Assembly (NCBI GenBank): GCA_963727715.1
Contig: CAVSGX010000004.1
Location: 82,582-146,581 of the forward strand
DNA: 64,000 nt
Origin: an uncultured bacterium
GTDB taxonomy: Bacteria > Patescibacteriota > Minisyncoccia > Phycocordibacterales > DATDWN01
Direction: 5' to 3'
The notes beneath the pieces were generated by a model that saw only the letters and a program-made list of their open reading frames with translations, was not told where the DNA came from and made no database searches. This document shows, one piece after another, positions 44,101 to 53,023 of this stretch. Positions within the stretch are counted from its first letter, which is position 1. Each line of letters begins with the position of its first letter. The position numbers and the translations under genes were made by a program.

Positions 44101-44479
44101 GATTTCCATTTAAGGCTTCAATTATTTTTTCATACCCCTTTATTTTTTCAACAAAACTGGACGCCCTTTCTTTTTTTTCTTCTTCATTATAATCGTTATT
44201 AGACAAAATAAATTCCAAAGTCCTTCTATCATTTGCAAGTCTTTCTTCAAAAAATTTTACTGGGTTAGATTCTAATGTAGATATTTCCCCCCGACAAAAT
44301 TCAACCATTCTTTCATCGTTTTTTGCACCAAAATGTACTAGTTGTTCTTTGTATCTTTGAAGTTCTTCATTAATACGAACCGTGACAAATTCTGGTCTGT
44401 GTTCCCTAGGATTCATATGATCCTCCAATTCTTGTTTGAGCGCCTTTGGATCTATATTTAAAGCATTTGGAGACTCCAT
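41177..44479 (-). CDS. Large membrane protein (acidic N-terminus, Gly/Ala-rich TM region, Pro-rich stalk, duplicated C-terminal domain)
   Basis: 1100-aa ORF with TATAAT upstream of the MESPN start. Confidence 0.8.
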   Translation of the reverse strand: MESPNALNIDPKALKQELEDHMNPREHRPEFVTVRINEELQRYKEQLVHFGAKNDERMVEFCRGEISTLESNPVKFFEERLANDRRTLEFILSNNDYNEEEKKERASSFVEKIKGYEKIIEALNGNQPITSEHIVEPIITAEEESAPVEDNSPSVSNKDFLPFPPVIPASETEVEPTEPLTSVKTAGKNFETTEEQKENPESERYEKAVEFLVTLSKSEDHSNLGNLITIIEESSRSSEPYESKKKGLEREIDFDLEKGHLSKAERRELFGIFGIDEFAEYEEEFQQPGQEEEVTPQPSASPEVIPVAGPLPPEPVLSGAVENAPLVAEALSEVDMELAEARGTYASVLVEFKNKNREKKKWVYKQASDLANSVGLGETTEDIMNNRSFIHRTTRGLASKVGLEEKIDEIFHRFDKVTPQDMTEVKVRLEAAEAVYIQSKKKKMEEIFSMPGIEKEINDLGLDENLSNEEKASAIFKCRAITQAEKEWEVLQKRIAENVPPLEKGIIGKSFEKWAKLPLPARIALTTAVMTGLGMTLGTVATVGIGTTLAYRGARSLSGALAGQAAGKGVDSITKWSLERKKQKNLRRYAEGLTEDNYEIKEKELMGLKEKEENRKKRGILKKAAVMVAVGAGVNIATDLTMANQFGNVPGAVQSGQHGFFYKMFHSENTPKTGTTHAEVVTAKPAMPAETPTVAKPPVLTEAPPTVKLTMPAETPPAPKVSEVVTQPPAPKVATPPLGPKMPEATNVVEVKLSSRGFIQTFDDMKDKLKAQYPDAGKMPAGVKHFVETPSTKLAQEYGFWDAKHGTSAMGLKGEALAVDAEGHLKLEHLTAAGKPTEIIGTGEHNFESLHSDKMFAPKAPVPHEIVAPKPADVTEPQNEFLVSEPYKVSGNYKPLDFSKPVDTDLAHAPVNIHNFSHVGENLANTPKTPGAIEFDHIVKAANGAEGKFHTSVVEVAGGQKQIFVQGEAVAQSVKLPNGASGMQLLDRFQDGPKSAPIREAFVIAQDRMNIPVPKSTTNFAFENGRLSLIHGVPGHPDEIHALLNGKEIAKGLLTEKGLKLNLDPKLHHNFLMADTVYDRAFKLAKKSFKTALLMATKHN

Positions 44480-44525
44480 GTTGCTTTCATTATATTCCCC
44501 TATAAAAATATTCGCAACAAAAAAG

Positions 44526-44669
44526 ATCCTATTTTGCATTTCTCGAAAAGCAATCTGTCTAGCCCTGCTGGGCTAGTGAACTTCTCGTCGTCCAAGAAAA
44601 CAATCCACGGATTACCGTGGTTGTTTTCTAAACTCCTGCGAAAGGCTTTTCTTGAAACACAAAAAGGAT
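44526..44669. repeat. Palindromic element family B, copy 2
   Basis: Plus-strand core CTCGTCGTCCAAGAAAACAAT..GTTGTTTTCTAAACTCCTGCG inside a different outer stem. Confidence 0.78.
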
Positions 44670-44678
44670 TTGCGTGAA

Positions 44679-46838
44679 TTATTTTCTTGCCTCAATTATC
44701 GCTTTCTCAACATTCGGCGGGACGACTTCATAGTGGTCAAATTCCATCATCATTGAACCGCGACCTTGGGTCATGGAGCGGATGTCTGTGGTGTAGCCGA
44801 ACATTTCGGAAAGCGGCACTTTAGCGTGAACGACACGAAGCTGACCGCGTTCATCCATTCCTTCTATTTGCCCGCGCTTGCCGGAAAGCGAGCCGGTAAT
44901 GTCACCCATAAACTGCTCCGGCATGACAACTTCCACTTTCATAATAGGTTCCAGAATGACCGGGCGAGCGCGCTTGGCGGCATCTTGGAAAGCCTGCGAA
45001 GCGGCGATTTTGTAAGCGATTTCGGAAGAGTCAACATCGTGATACGAACCGTATGTCAGCTCGCAGGAAACATTGACCATCGGATAGCCGGCGACAATCC
45101 CGCGACCCATCGCTTCGCGCACACCTTTCTCCACAGCCGGAATAAATTCCTGCGGGATGACACCGCCTTTGATGGAATCAATGAATTCAAAGTCATCGTA
45201 GCGTTTGACATTTTTCGGAATTTTTTTGCCCTCGGCAATCGGCTCCATCGGTTTCAAATTTAATTTGACGTGACCATACTGACCTTTGCCACCGGTTTGT
45301 TTGATGTATTTGTGTTCGGCTTCGGCCGTGCCGAGAATGGTTTCGCGATATGCCACTTGCGGTTTGCCGACATTGGCTTCCACCGAAAATTCTCGCTTCA
45401 TTCTTTCAACCATAATTTCCAAGTGGAGCTCGCCCATGCCGGAAATGATAGTCTCACCGGTTTCGGTATTACTCGAAATAACAAATGTGGGGTCCTCGTC
45501 GGAAAGTTTTTTCAAAGCCAAACCCATTTTTTCCTGGTCGGCTTTTGTTTTCGGTTCAATGCGCAAAGAAACGACAGGGGCCACGAATTTGATCGGTTCA
45601 AGGATGATCGGCTTGTCCTCGTCGCAGAGCGTGTGTGAAGTTTTGGCTGATCTTTAATCCGACAGCCGCGGCGATTTCGCCGGCGAAAACTTTTTTGACT
45701 TCTTCGCGCTTGTCGGCTTGCAGACGGACGATGCGACCGAGACGTTCTTTTTCGCCTGTTGTTGAATTGTAAATATATGTGCCCGCCTCAATCGTCCCGG
45801 AATAGACGCGGAAGAAAGTCAGCTGACCGACGAACGGATCGTTTTGCAGTTTGAAAGCCAGAGCGGCAAAGGGCTCTTCGTCTGAAGCGTTGCGATAAAT
45901 ATCCTCACCGGTTTTCGGGTCTGTTCCGTGTACCGGCGGAATATCAGAGGTGATGGTAAATAGTCCACCACTCCGTCGAGAACGAGCTGCACGCCTTTGT
46001 TTTTCAGCGCCGAACCGGCGTAAACAGGAACGATTTTGACGGCGATGCAAGCTTTGCGCAAAGTGGTTTTGAGTTCTGGGACAGACGGCTCGCTTCCTTC
46101 CAGATATTCATGCATCAGTTTGTCATCTTCGGAAACAATTTTTTCCACCAGTTCATCGCGATATTTTTTTGCTTCTTCCAAATATTCTGCCGGCATTTCC
46201 GCCTCGCGAACGTTGATACCCATATTACCTTCAAAGTAGTAGGCTTTCATATCCAGCAAATCAATCACACCTTCAAATTTATCTTCCAATCCCATCGGGA
46301 TTTGCATTCGCACTGCGTTTTTAGTCAGACGATCCAAAATGGAAGCGTATGATCTTTCAAAACTCGCGCCTGTGCGGTCCAGCTTGTTGATGAAGCAGAT
46401 GCGTGGCACGTTGCCGTCGTCGGCATAGCGCCAGTTGGTTTCGGATTGTGGTTCCACACCGGCCACACCGTCGAAAACCACCACCGCGCCGTCGAGCACA
46501 CGAAGCGAGCGTTTGACCTCGGCTGTAAAATCAATGTGCCCGGGAGTGTCAATAATATTGAAACGATAAAGATTTTCATGCAGAGGTTTGCCGTCCGCGC
46601 CACGAGCTTTGTATGTCGGGTTCCAGAAACAAGTGATGGCTGCCGCCGTGATAGTGATGCCGCGTTCCCTCTCCTGCTCCATCCAGTCGGTCACCGTTTC
46701 GCCCTCGTGCACTTCGCCGATTTTGTGGGTCATGCCCGTGTAGAAAAGCACGCGCTCCGAAGTGGTCGTCTTTCCTGCGTCAATATGGGCAATAATGCCG
46801 AAATTTCTGACTTTCTCTAATGGGTAATCTCTGTTCAT
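44679..46838 (-). CDS. fusA: Elongation factor G (broken by about 3 frameshifts at ~45590-45950, probably assembly indels)
   Basis: [41 protein letters not shown] and SYHDVDSSE across consecutive ORFs. Confidence 0.97.
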
Positions 46839-46965
46839 ATAAATTTGTTGAATAAAAAAATTTGCAAAAAATAAAAAACGCTAACGAGTAATTGGAGATA
46901 CTATAGCTTAATTCACCAAAAATTGCAAAAAATTCTGGTCAGTGCTTATTAATGGCAGAGGTAGT

Positions 46966-47241
46966 ATGCTACATCTGTTGACCATTACCTATCAAAGAAT
47001 AAATAAAGAAATTATATTAAGGAGTTATGATGAAGAAAGTAGGGCATTCTTTCATGAATTCATGAAGAATTATCCTGGTGGATTTTTCCCAGATAGGAAA
47101 AAATCTCCAAATGAGACCATTTTGAATATACTTCAATTATTGGAAAGCGGTGCAGAAAAATTCTACGAAGTAGTTTCCATTTCTGAGGTTACAACAGACA
47201 CTTCTTTTGATTGGGATGTATGGTATAGAAACAAAACCTGA
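46966..47241 (+). CDS. Small orphan protein between rpsG and fusA
   Basis: AT-rich, with a GAGGT SD and a bidirectional terminator shared with rpsG. Confidence 0.6.
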   Translation: MLHLLTITYQRINKEIILRSYDEESRAFFHEFMKNYPGGFFPDRKKSPNETILNILQLLESGAEKFYEVVSISEVTTDTSFDWDVWYRNKT

Positions 47242-47260
47242 CCCGAGTGGGTCAGTTTTT

Positions 47261-47734
47261 TTACCAGGCGAAGTGAGCAAAGGCCTTGTTAGCTTCTGCC
47301 ATTTTGTGAGTATTTTCGCGTTTGGTCACGGCGGCGCCTTCGCCTTTGGAAGCTAGAATAATTTCGTCAGCCAGTTTTTCAGCCATTGGTTTGCCTTTGC
47401 CGGCGCGGGCGGCATCTACAATCCATTTCATTGAAAGAAAACTTCGGCGTTCCGGTCTGACTTCCCTCGGCACTTGGTAGTTGGCCCCGCCAACTCTCCG
47501 CGAGCGGACTTCGGTCAGTGGTCCTGTGTTTTTCAAAGCGGTGTCAAAAACTTCCATAACATCCACTGTCGTAGCTCCGCCTTTTTTGATAATTTCAAAT
47601 GCCTCGTAAACAATTCCGCGAGCCGTCTGCTTCTGACCGCGTTGCATGACATAGTTAATAAACTTGGCTACTTTTTCCGAGTTGTATTTATTTTCTTTCT
47701 TGACAATATTTCTGTTTTTAACTTTTCTTCGCAT
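47261..47734 (-). CDS. rpsG: 30S ribosomal protein uS7
   Basis: SRRVGGANYQVP and HKMAEANKAFAHF motifs. Confidence 0.99.
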   Translation of the reverse strand: MRRKVKNRNIVKKENKYNSEKVAKFINYVMQRGQKQTARGIVYEAFEIIKKGGATTVDVMEVFDTALKNTGPLTEVRSRRVGGANYQVPREVRPERRSFLSMKWIVDAARAGKGKPMAEKLADEIILASKGEGAAVTKRENTHKMAEANKAFAHFAW

Positions 47735-47776
47735 GATTTTTATATTTTTTACTTTCTACTTTTTACACTTTACTTA

Positions 47777-48190
47777 TTATTTAGCTTTAGGTTTCTTGGC
47801 TCCGTAATTTGACCGACTCTGTCTCCTGGCTTCCACGCCGGTGGCATCAAGCACCCCGCGCACGATGGAATAACGCAAACCGACATCGCGCACTTTGCCC
47901 CCGCGAAGCATTACCACCGAGTGCTCCTGCAAATTATGCCCCATGCCCGGGATGTAAGCTGTCACTTCGTAGCCGTTGGTCAGACGAACGCGAGCGATTT
48001 TGCGGATAGCCGAGTTCGGTTTCTTCGGCGTTTTGGTTGTGACTTTAGTGCAAACACCGCGTTTAAACGGAGATGAGTAAAAAACCGGCCGGTTTTCCAG
48101 ATTGTTGAATCCGCGCGTCAAAGCCACCGATCTTGGTTTGCGTTTGTTTTTATGTCGCTTTTTTTTGATTAACTGATTTATTGTGGACAT
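47777..48190 (-). CDS. rpsL: 30S ribosomal protein uS12
   Basis: [11 protein letters not shown] and GHNLQEHS motifs. Confidence 0.99.
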   Translation of the reverse strand: MSTINQLIKKKRHKNKRKPRSVALTRGFNNLENRPVFYSSPFKRGVCTKVTTKTPKKPNSAIRKIARVRLTNGYEVTAYIPGMGHNLQEHSVVMLRGGKVRDVGLRYSIVRGVLDATGVEARRQSRSNYGAKKPKAK

Positions 48191-48353
48191 TGGTCACTAC
48201 TCTAATATAGATGGAGAAAAAATGCAAATTTTATAATCAAAACTGCCAGACAGTTTAAACTGTCTGGCAGGCGTTACTTCGGTGGTTCAACATTTCTGTC
48301 GGCCCCTATCTTACGCTGGAAATATGTTATCTTTTTGGACAAAAAAGTCAATT

Positions 48354-48965
48354 TTACATAGCCACCCCAGTAATCCAAGTAAACTCATGCGAAACGATTG
48401 GTAACATAAATTGCCATAAAAAGAAAATGAAGAAAAGTAAAATCAAAAAACCGTATCGTTCAAAAAATGGGCGGACACTTTGCCAACGGTACGGCAGAAA
48501 AGAAAAAATAATTTTGGAACCGTCCAGTGGCGGAATCGGCACGAGGTTGAATGTAGCCAAAATCAAATTGATGAAAACTATCGTGCCAGCAATGTAGACA
48601 AAACCGTCGCCGAGTGCATAGAGCAAACCAAAACGCAACAGAAGACCAAAGAAAAGGGCGACACAAATGTTGGCCAAGGGTCCGGCGATGGCCACGATGG
48701 CCTCGCCCCATTTTTGATTGCGCAAGTTGTACGGATTGAAAGGCACGGGCCTGGCCCAACCGATGATGAAGCCACCGAGAAAATACGAAATGACCGGCAA
48801 AATGAAAGAGCCGAACCACTCCAAATGTTTCAGTGGGTTAAGTGTCAATCGCCCGGCATACTTGGCTGTGTTGTCGCCCTGAAAATAGGCGGCATAGCCG
48901 TGCGAGACCTCGTGAACAACGATCGACATTATCAATATTAAAATGGAAAAAATAAAAGTAATCAT
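48354..48965 (-). CDS. Site-2 protease (M50 family)
   Basis: HEVSH, AGPLAN and FNLVPIPPLDG motifs. Confidence 0.96.
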   Translation of the reverse strand: MITFIFSILILIMSIVVHEVSHGYAAYFQGDNTAKYAGRLTLNPLKHLEWFGSFILPVISYFLGGFIIGWARPVPFNPYNLRNQKWGEAIVAIAGPLANICVALFFGLLLRFGLLYALGDGFVYIAGTIVFINLILATFNLVPIPPLDGSKIIFSFLPYRWQSVRPFFERYGFLILLFFIFFLWQFMLPIVSHEFTWITGVAM

Positions 48966-49100
48966 GAGAAAATTTCTAATTTTTAATTTCTAATTGACCT
49001 AAACAATAACCAATCTCTAAGTCCCAATGCCCAAAATTTTTGGTTGGTCATTTGTTACTGGAATTTATTTAGAAATTAGATTAATTAGAAATTAGAAATT
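48966..49100. repeat. Inverted heptamer-repeat element (TTTCTAA/TTAGAAA), copy 1
   Basis: 7-bp periodic arms in inverted orientation; similar to 62259-62403. Confidence 0.75.
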
Positions 49101-49147
49101 TGATTGTGTTGCACCAGCAACACAACTATGCTAGCATACTTACCACT

Positions 49148-49390
49148 ATGGCAAAAGTATGTCCGATCAATAAAAAAGGTTCGCGCATGGGTGGCGGGTA
49201 TTCCAATCGCACTCGCGCCACACAATTCAACCCGACCGGCATGGTCCGCAAATATCCAAACCTCCAGAAAAAGAAGGTTTATATCCCCGAACTGAAAAAA
49301 TCAGTCACTCTTTTGCTTTCCACTAAAGGTATCAAAACTATCCAAAAAAACGGCGCTTTCATCACACTGAAAAAAGCCGGGTTGATCTAA
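49148..49390 (+). CDS. rpmB: 50S ribosomal protein bL28
   Basis: MAKVCP, YSNRTRA, PNLQKK and STKGIKT motifs. Confidence 0.93.
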   Translation: MAKVCPINKKGSRMGGGYSNRTRATQFNPTGMVRKYPNLQKKKVYIPELKKSVTLLLSTKGIKTIQKNGAFITLKKAGLI

Positions 49391-49477
49391 AATACGTATC
49401 AAATAATTAACCTTATCAAAAATACCGCTCAAATAAGCGGTATTTTTGATATTAGGCATTATGATTATTGAATTTAC

Positions 49478-49506
49478 TTGACAAAAGACTAAAGATGGTG
49501 TATGAT
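49478..49506 (+). promoter_or_regulatory. Consensus sigma70 promoter of the candidate ncRNA
   Basis: TTGACA-N17-TATGAT, located after the rpmB terminator. Confidence 0.8.
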
Positions 49507-49511
49507 ACCCA

Positions 49512-49842
49512 TAAAAGATGCCGTTCTATTGAACGCTTGGAATCATGGCCTCCGGCTAGAGCACCGAAGGAGGTCACGAAGCACCTGTGACCGGAAGCCG
49601 CATCGTGGCTGAAAAATAAGGTGGATCCCCGGAAGTTATGACCCCGGTGGACGCGCTGACCCAGTGCGAGAAAAAGGGTGATTTGGTTCTTAGGGAGAAT
49701 ATCATGCATCGCTGAGTGAAGGCGTCGTTAAATAAGTTCCCAAAGGTTGACGCACCAAGGTTGCGAGCGACTCTAGGCCCGAGTCGAATACCCGGCCGTG
49801 TAAATGCATCCGGGTGCCCAGACAATTTTGTCTGGGCTTTTT
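49512..49842 (+). ncRNA. Candidate ~330-nt structured non-coding RNA, family not recognised
   Basis: GC-rich with many stems, its own promoter and the terminator GCCCAGAC-AATTTT-GTCTGGGC-TTTTT; no credible ORF. Confidence 0.65.
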
Positions 49843-49848
49843 GTTTAC

Positions 49849-50724
49849 CTATTTTTGCAAAACAAACTGTTTACCGTCGGAGTGCAAAACAATTCGGCCC
49901 AAATCGTATGTGCCGAGAATTTGCACACCGTACTTTTGCAGTGTGGCTACTGTTGTCGTGGCCGGAAAGCCGTAGCTGTTCCCTTTTTCGGCCGAGATAA
50001 CGGCAATTTGTGGCGCGACTTCTTTGACAAACTCATCCGAAGTGGAAGTTTTGGAACCATGATGCCCGACTTTCAAAATAGTGCTCTGTAAATTTTTCCC
50101 ATCAAGCGAGATTAAATAGTCTTCAATTTTTTTCGGCGAGTCCCCGGTCAAAAGCACGCTTGTGTCTCCGTAAGTCAGACGCGAAACGACCGAGGCGTCG
50201 TTACTAGCCAAACCGGAAACATCGCGATCGGGGAAAAGAATTGTAATTTGCGCGCCGTCACCAAGATCAATAACCTCTCCGCGCCTAGCCAAAATTTCAG
50301 GAATATTTTTTTCGACAATTTCTTTTTCCAATAATGCATAATCAGGTGTAGCCGAGCGATAACCAGACTCTACAACCACATCCACTTTGTAATTTTGCAG
50401 GAGCGAAATAAATCCGCTGTAATGATCGCTGTCCGAGTTGGTGATGATAATAGCGTCAATATGTTTGTCCCACCACGGCATAACGGCCGGCAGTTCGCGA
50501 ATCAAGTTGTCGTTTGGTCCACCGTCCATCAAAACTTTCACACCACCCGGCGATTCAATGAAAAGCCCGTCACCTTGACCGATGTTAAGCGCAGCGAATG
50601 TCAGACCGATTTGATTTTCGGCTAGTGTGACCGACCACAAAACAGCGCAGAAAACAAAAAGCGATAGCAACAAGTACCAGCGAAAATATTTTTTGATGTG
50701 GGAGAAAATTTGCTTCATACTCAT
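49849..50724 (-). CDS. ComEC/Rec2-type metallo-beta-lactamase domain protein (stand-alone)
   Basis: IGQGD, TNSDSDH, NDASVV, LTGD and LKVGHHGS motifs. Confidence 0.92.
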   Translation of the reverse strand: MSMKQIFSHIKKYFRWYLLLSLFVFCAVLWSVTLAENQIGLTFAALNIGQGDGLFIESPGGVKVLMDGGPNDNLIRELPAVMPWWDKHIDAIIITNSDSDHYSGFISLLQNYKVDVVVESGYRSATPDYALLEKEIVEKNIPEILARRGEVIDLGDGAQITILFPDRDVSGLASNDASVVSRLTYGDTSVLLTGDSPKKIEDYLISLDGKNLQSTILKVGHHGSKTSTSDEFVKEVAPQIAVISAEKGNSYGFPATTTVATLQKYGVQILGTYDLGRIVLHSDGKQFVLQK

Positions 50725-50745
50725 AACATATTATATAATTTTTTT

Positions 50746-51858
50746 ATGAAAAATTTCTCTTTTTTTATTTTGGCCATTTTTGCGCCAACTTTTATTTTAT
50801 TAAATTTTGTTTTGCCACATAGCGCAGAGGCTTCGTATCATTTTGCAAATTTTCAAGGCAAACCTCCGATCCACATTTACGGCTCGACAAGCAAAAAGCC
50901 GGTTGGCATCACGCCGGCCCAGATAAAAAAGATTTACAACTTGCCGGCAAATGGCGGGCACGGCACAATCGCAATCGTCGGCGCTTACGACGACACAGCA
51001 ATTGAGGGTGACCTCGCCGATTTTGACACACAGTTTGGTTTGACTTCCTGCACAACCAAAAACGGTTGTTTTGAAAAACACAAAATGAGCGCGACAGAAA
51101 AATCGGACAGTGGCTGGACACTGGAAACAACTCTCGATGTGGAATGGGCTCACGCCATCGCCCCGCAAGCCAAAATTTTGCTGGTTGAAGCCACCACGCC
51201 TTCCGGCGCAAATTTGCTCAAAGCCATTGACTACGCCGACTCACGCGCCGATGTGGTTGCCATCTCAATGAGTTGGGGTGGCGCGGAATTTCCGGAAGAG
51301 ACAACGATGGATTCGCATTTCACTTCCAAATCCGACGCAATCTTTTTCGCTTCCTCTGGTGACAATGGCACAGGCGCCAGTTGGCCAGCCGCTTCGCCCA
51401 GTGTCATCGGAGTTGGCGGTACCACGCTCACACTCGATGTAAACGGCGCGCTGAAAAGCGAAACAGCTTGGTCTGGCTCTGGCGGTGGCATCAGTATTTA
51501 TGAAAAAGAACCAAACTTTCAAAAAAGTTACAATATTAGCAGGGCTGGCGGAATGCGAGCCATTCCAGATGTGGCCTACGATGCCGACCCGGGTTCCGGC
51601 TTTTCGATTGTTCGCGGAGGTCTCTGGCGCACAGTCGGTGGCACTTCGGCTGGCGCTCCACAGTGGGCTGCCCTTTCCACTCTCGGAAGCGGCGCGAGCA
51701 ACGCAAATTTTTACAAAGACAAATCTTCGTCGCTGCCGGAGCAATTTTTCTATGATATCAAATCCGGAATAAACGGCGACTGCGGATATTTCTGCACTGC
51801 GCGAAGTCACTACGACTATGTCACCGGTCTCGGTAGCCCGCGCACCAGTGTGTTTTGA
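50746..51858 (+). CDS. Secreted S53 (sedolisin-like) serine peptidase
   Basis: ETTLDVE, SSGDNG, GGTSAGAP and YDYVTGLGSP motifs. Confidence 0.93.
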   Translation: MKNFSFFILAIFAPTFILLNFVLPHSAEASYHFANFQGKPPIHIYGSTSKKPVGITPAQIKKIYNLPANGGHGTIAIVGAYDDTAIEGDLADFDTQFGLTSCTTKNGCFEKHKMSATEKSDSGWTLETTLDVEWAHAIAPQAKILLVEATTPSGANLLKAIDYADSRADVVAISMSWGGAEFPEETTMDSHFTSKSDAIFFASSGDNGTGASWPAASPSVIGVGGTTLTLDVNGALKSETAWSGSGGGISIYEKEPNFQKSYNISRAGGMRAIPDVAYDADPGSGFSIVRGGLWRTVGGTSAGAPQWAALSTLGSGASNANFYKDKSSSLPEQFFYDIKSGINGDCGYFCTARSHYDYVTGLGSPRTSVF

Positions 51859-51917
51859 TTTTCAGAAAAATATTTACAAAACAAAACCCAACCAGCGTAC
51901 CAATTGGGTTTCAAAAA

Positions 51918-52181
51918 CTAGGCGACATTTTCCAAATTCGCAACATTTTCAACCACTTGAAAAATTTGAACCGCCTTTACAAACCAAATCTCAAGCTCGG
52001 TTTCAAGTCCTCCAGACCACCCTCTTTCTATTAAAAGACAATGCCCGAATTCTTTGAGTGCATCATGATGATGACCTTTGATATAATACAAAGTCCTACC
52101 GATAGGACCTTGGGAATCTTCTTTTATATCAATAATAAGATTTCTAAATCTTTCTAAAAAAGGTGGAACATTTTTGTTCAT
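51918..52181 (-). CDS. Small orphan protein
   Basis: TATAAT followed by a GAGG SD; AT-rich ORF. Confidence 0.5.
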   Translation of the reverse strand: MNKNVPPFLERFRNLIIDIKEDSQGPIGRTLYYIKGHHHDALKEFGHCLLIERGWSGGLETELEIWFVKAVQIFQVVENVANLENVA

Positions 52182-52241
52182 ACGATCCTCTGTCCGCATT
52201 ATACTCCTGACAAAAATAAAAAAATTGCTATACTTATCCAC

Positions 52242-52946
52242 ATGACAGATTCAAATCGCAAAAAAATTATCGTTTTCGCTTCCGGCACAAAAGACGGCGG
52301 TGGGTCGGGGTTTGAAAATTTGGTCGTGGCTTCGCGCGACGGAAGGCTTAGTGGCGAAATTGTCGCGGTCGTGAGCAATCACGAAAACGGCGGGGTAAAG
52401 CTTCGCGCAGACAAGCTTGGCATCAAGTTCATTCACTTCCCCGCAAAAAAACCGTCCGAAGGAGAGGGTGGACCGGAATTCGGTACAGCGGAAAATTATA
52501 GAAAACTTACAGAAGGCGCCGACTTAGTTTGCCTTTCCGGTTGGCTCAAGCTTGTCACCGGACTTGACCCGCGAAAAACGATTAATATTCACCCGGGGCC
52601 ACTTCCGCGATTTGGCGGAGCCGGAATGTATGGACATCACGTCCACGAAGCTGTGATGGGAGCGTACAAAAACGGCGACCCTAATCCTGCGGACGGGCAA
52701 AGAGTGACGCACTCTGCGGTTTCAATGCATTTCGTCACCGAAAAATATGATGAGGGCCCATTGTTCTTTTCACAACCCGTGCCGATTCTTCCTGACGACA
52801 CAGCCGACACTTTAGCCAAGCGCGTCAACGAAGCCGAACATAAATGGCAACCGATAATCACCGACAAAGTTTTGTGTGGCGAGATCAGTTGGGATGGTAG
52901 GGACCCAAAAACCTTGCATGTTCCTGAAAAGACCGACCAACCTTGA
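52242..52946 (+). CDS. purN: Phosphoribosylglycinamide formyltransferase-like protein
   Basis: VFASG, INIHP, GMYG..VHEAV and HFVTEKYDEGP motifs. Confidence 0.9.
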   Translation: MTDSNRKKIIVFASGTKDGGGSGFENLVVASRDGRLSGEIVAVVSNHENGGVKLRADKLGIKFIHFPAKKPSEGEGGPEFGTAENYRKLTEGADLVCLSGWLKLVTGLDPRKTINIHPGPLPRFGGAGMYGHHVHEAVMGAYKNGDPNPADGQRVTHSAVSMHFVTEKYDEGPLFFSQPVPILPDDTADTLAKRVNEAEHKWQPIITDKVLCGEISWDGRDPKTLHVPEKTDQP

Positions 52947-53023
52947 TGTGCCGGATCCAAAAGAATTTCGTTTCTTCTAGGCTCACGAAAGTGGGCTTTG
53001 TTTTTTAGTGTTATAATTCTCGC

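Noticed and set aside
45580-45960. fusA split into three ORFs (pseudogene or programmed frameshifting)
   Set aside because: The essential gene is otherwise intact, and single-base indels also hit metG, glyQS and AI-2E. This points to read/assembly error; raw reads would confirm.
49512-49842. RNase P RNA, tmRNA, SRP or 6S assignment; also ORFs 49452-49709, 49574-49825 and 49716-50000
   Set aside because: The hallmark motifs were not found on either strand. The ORFs lack start signals and protein-like composition, and some cross the promoter or terminator.
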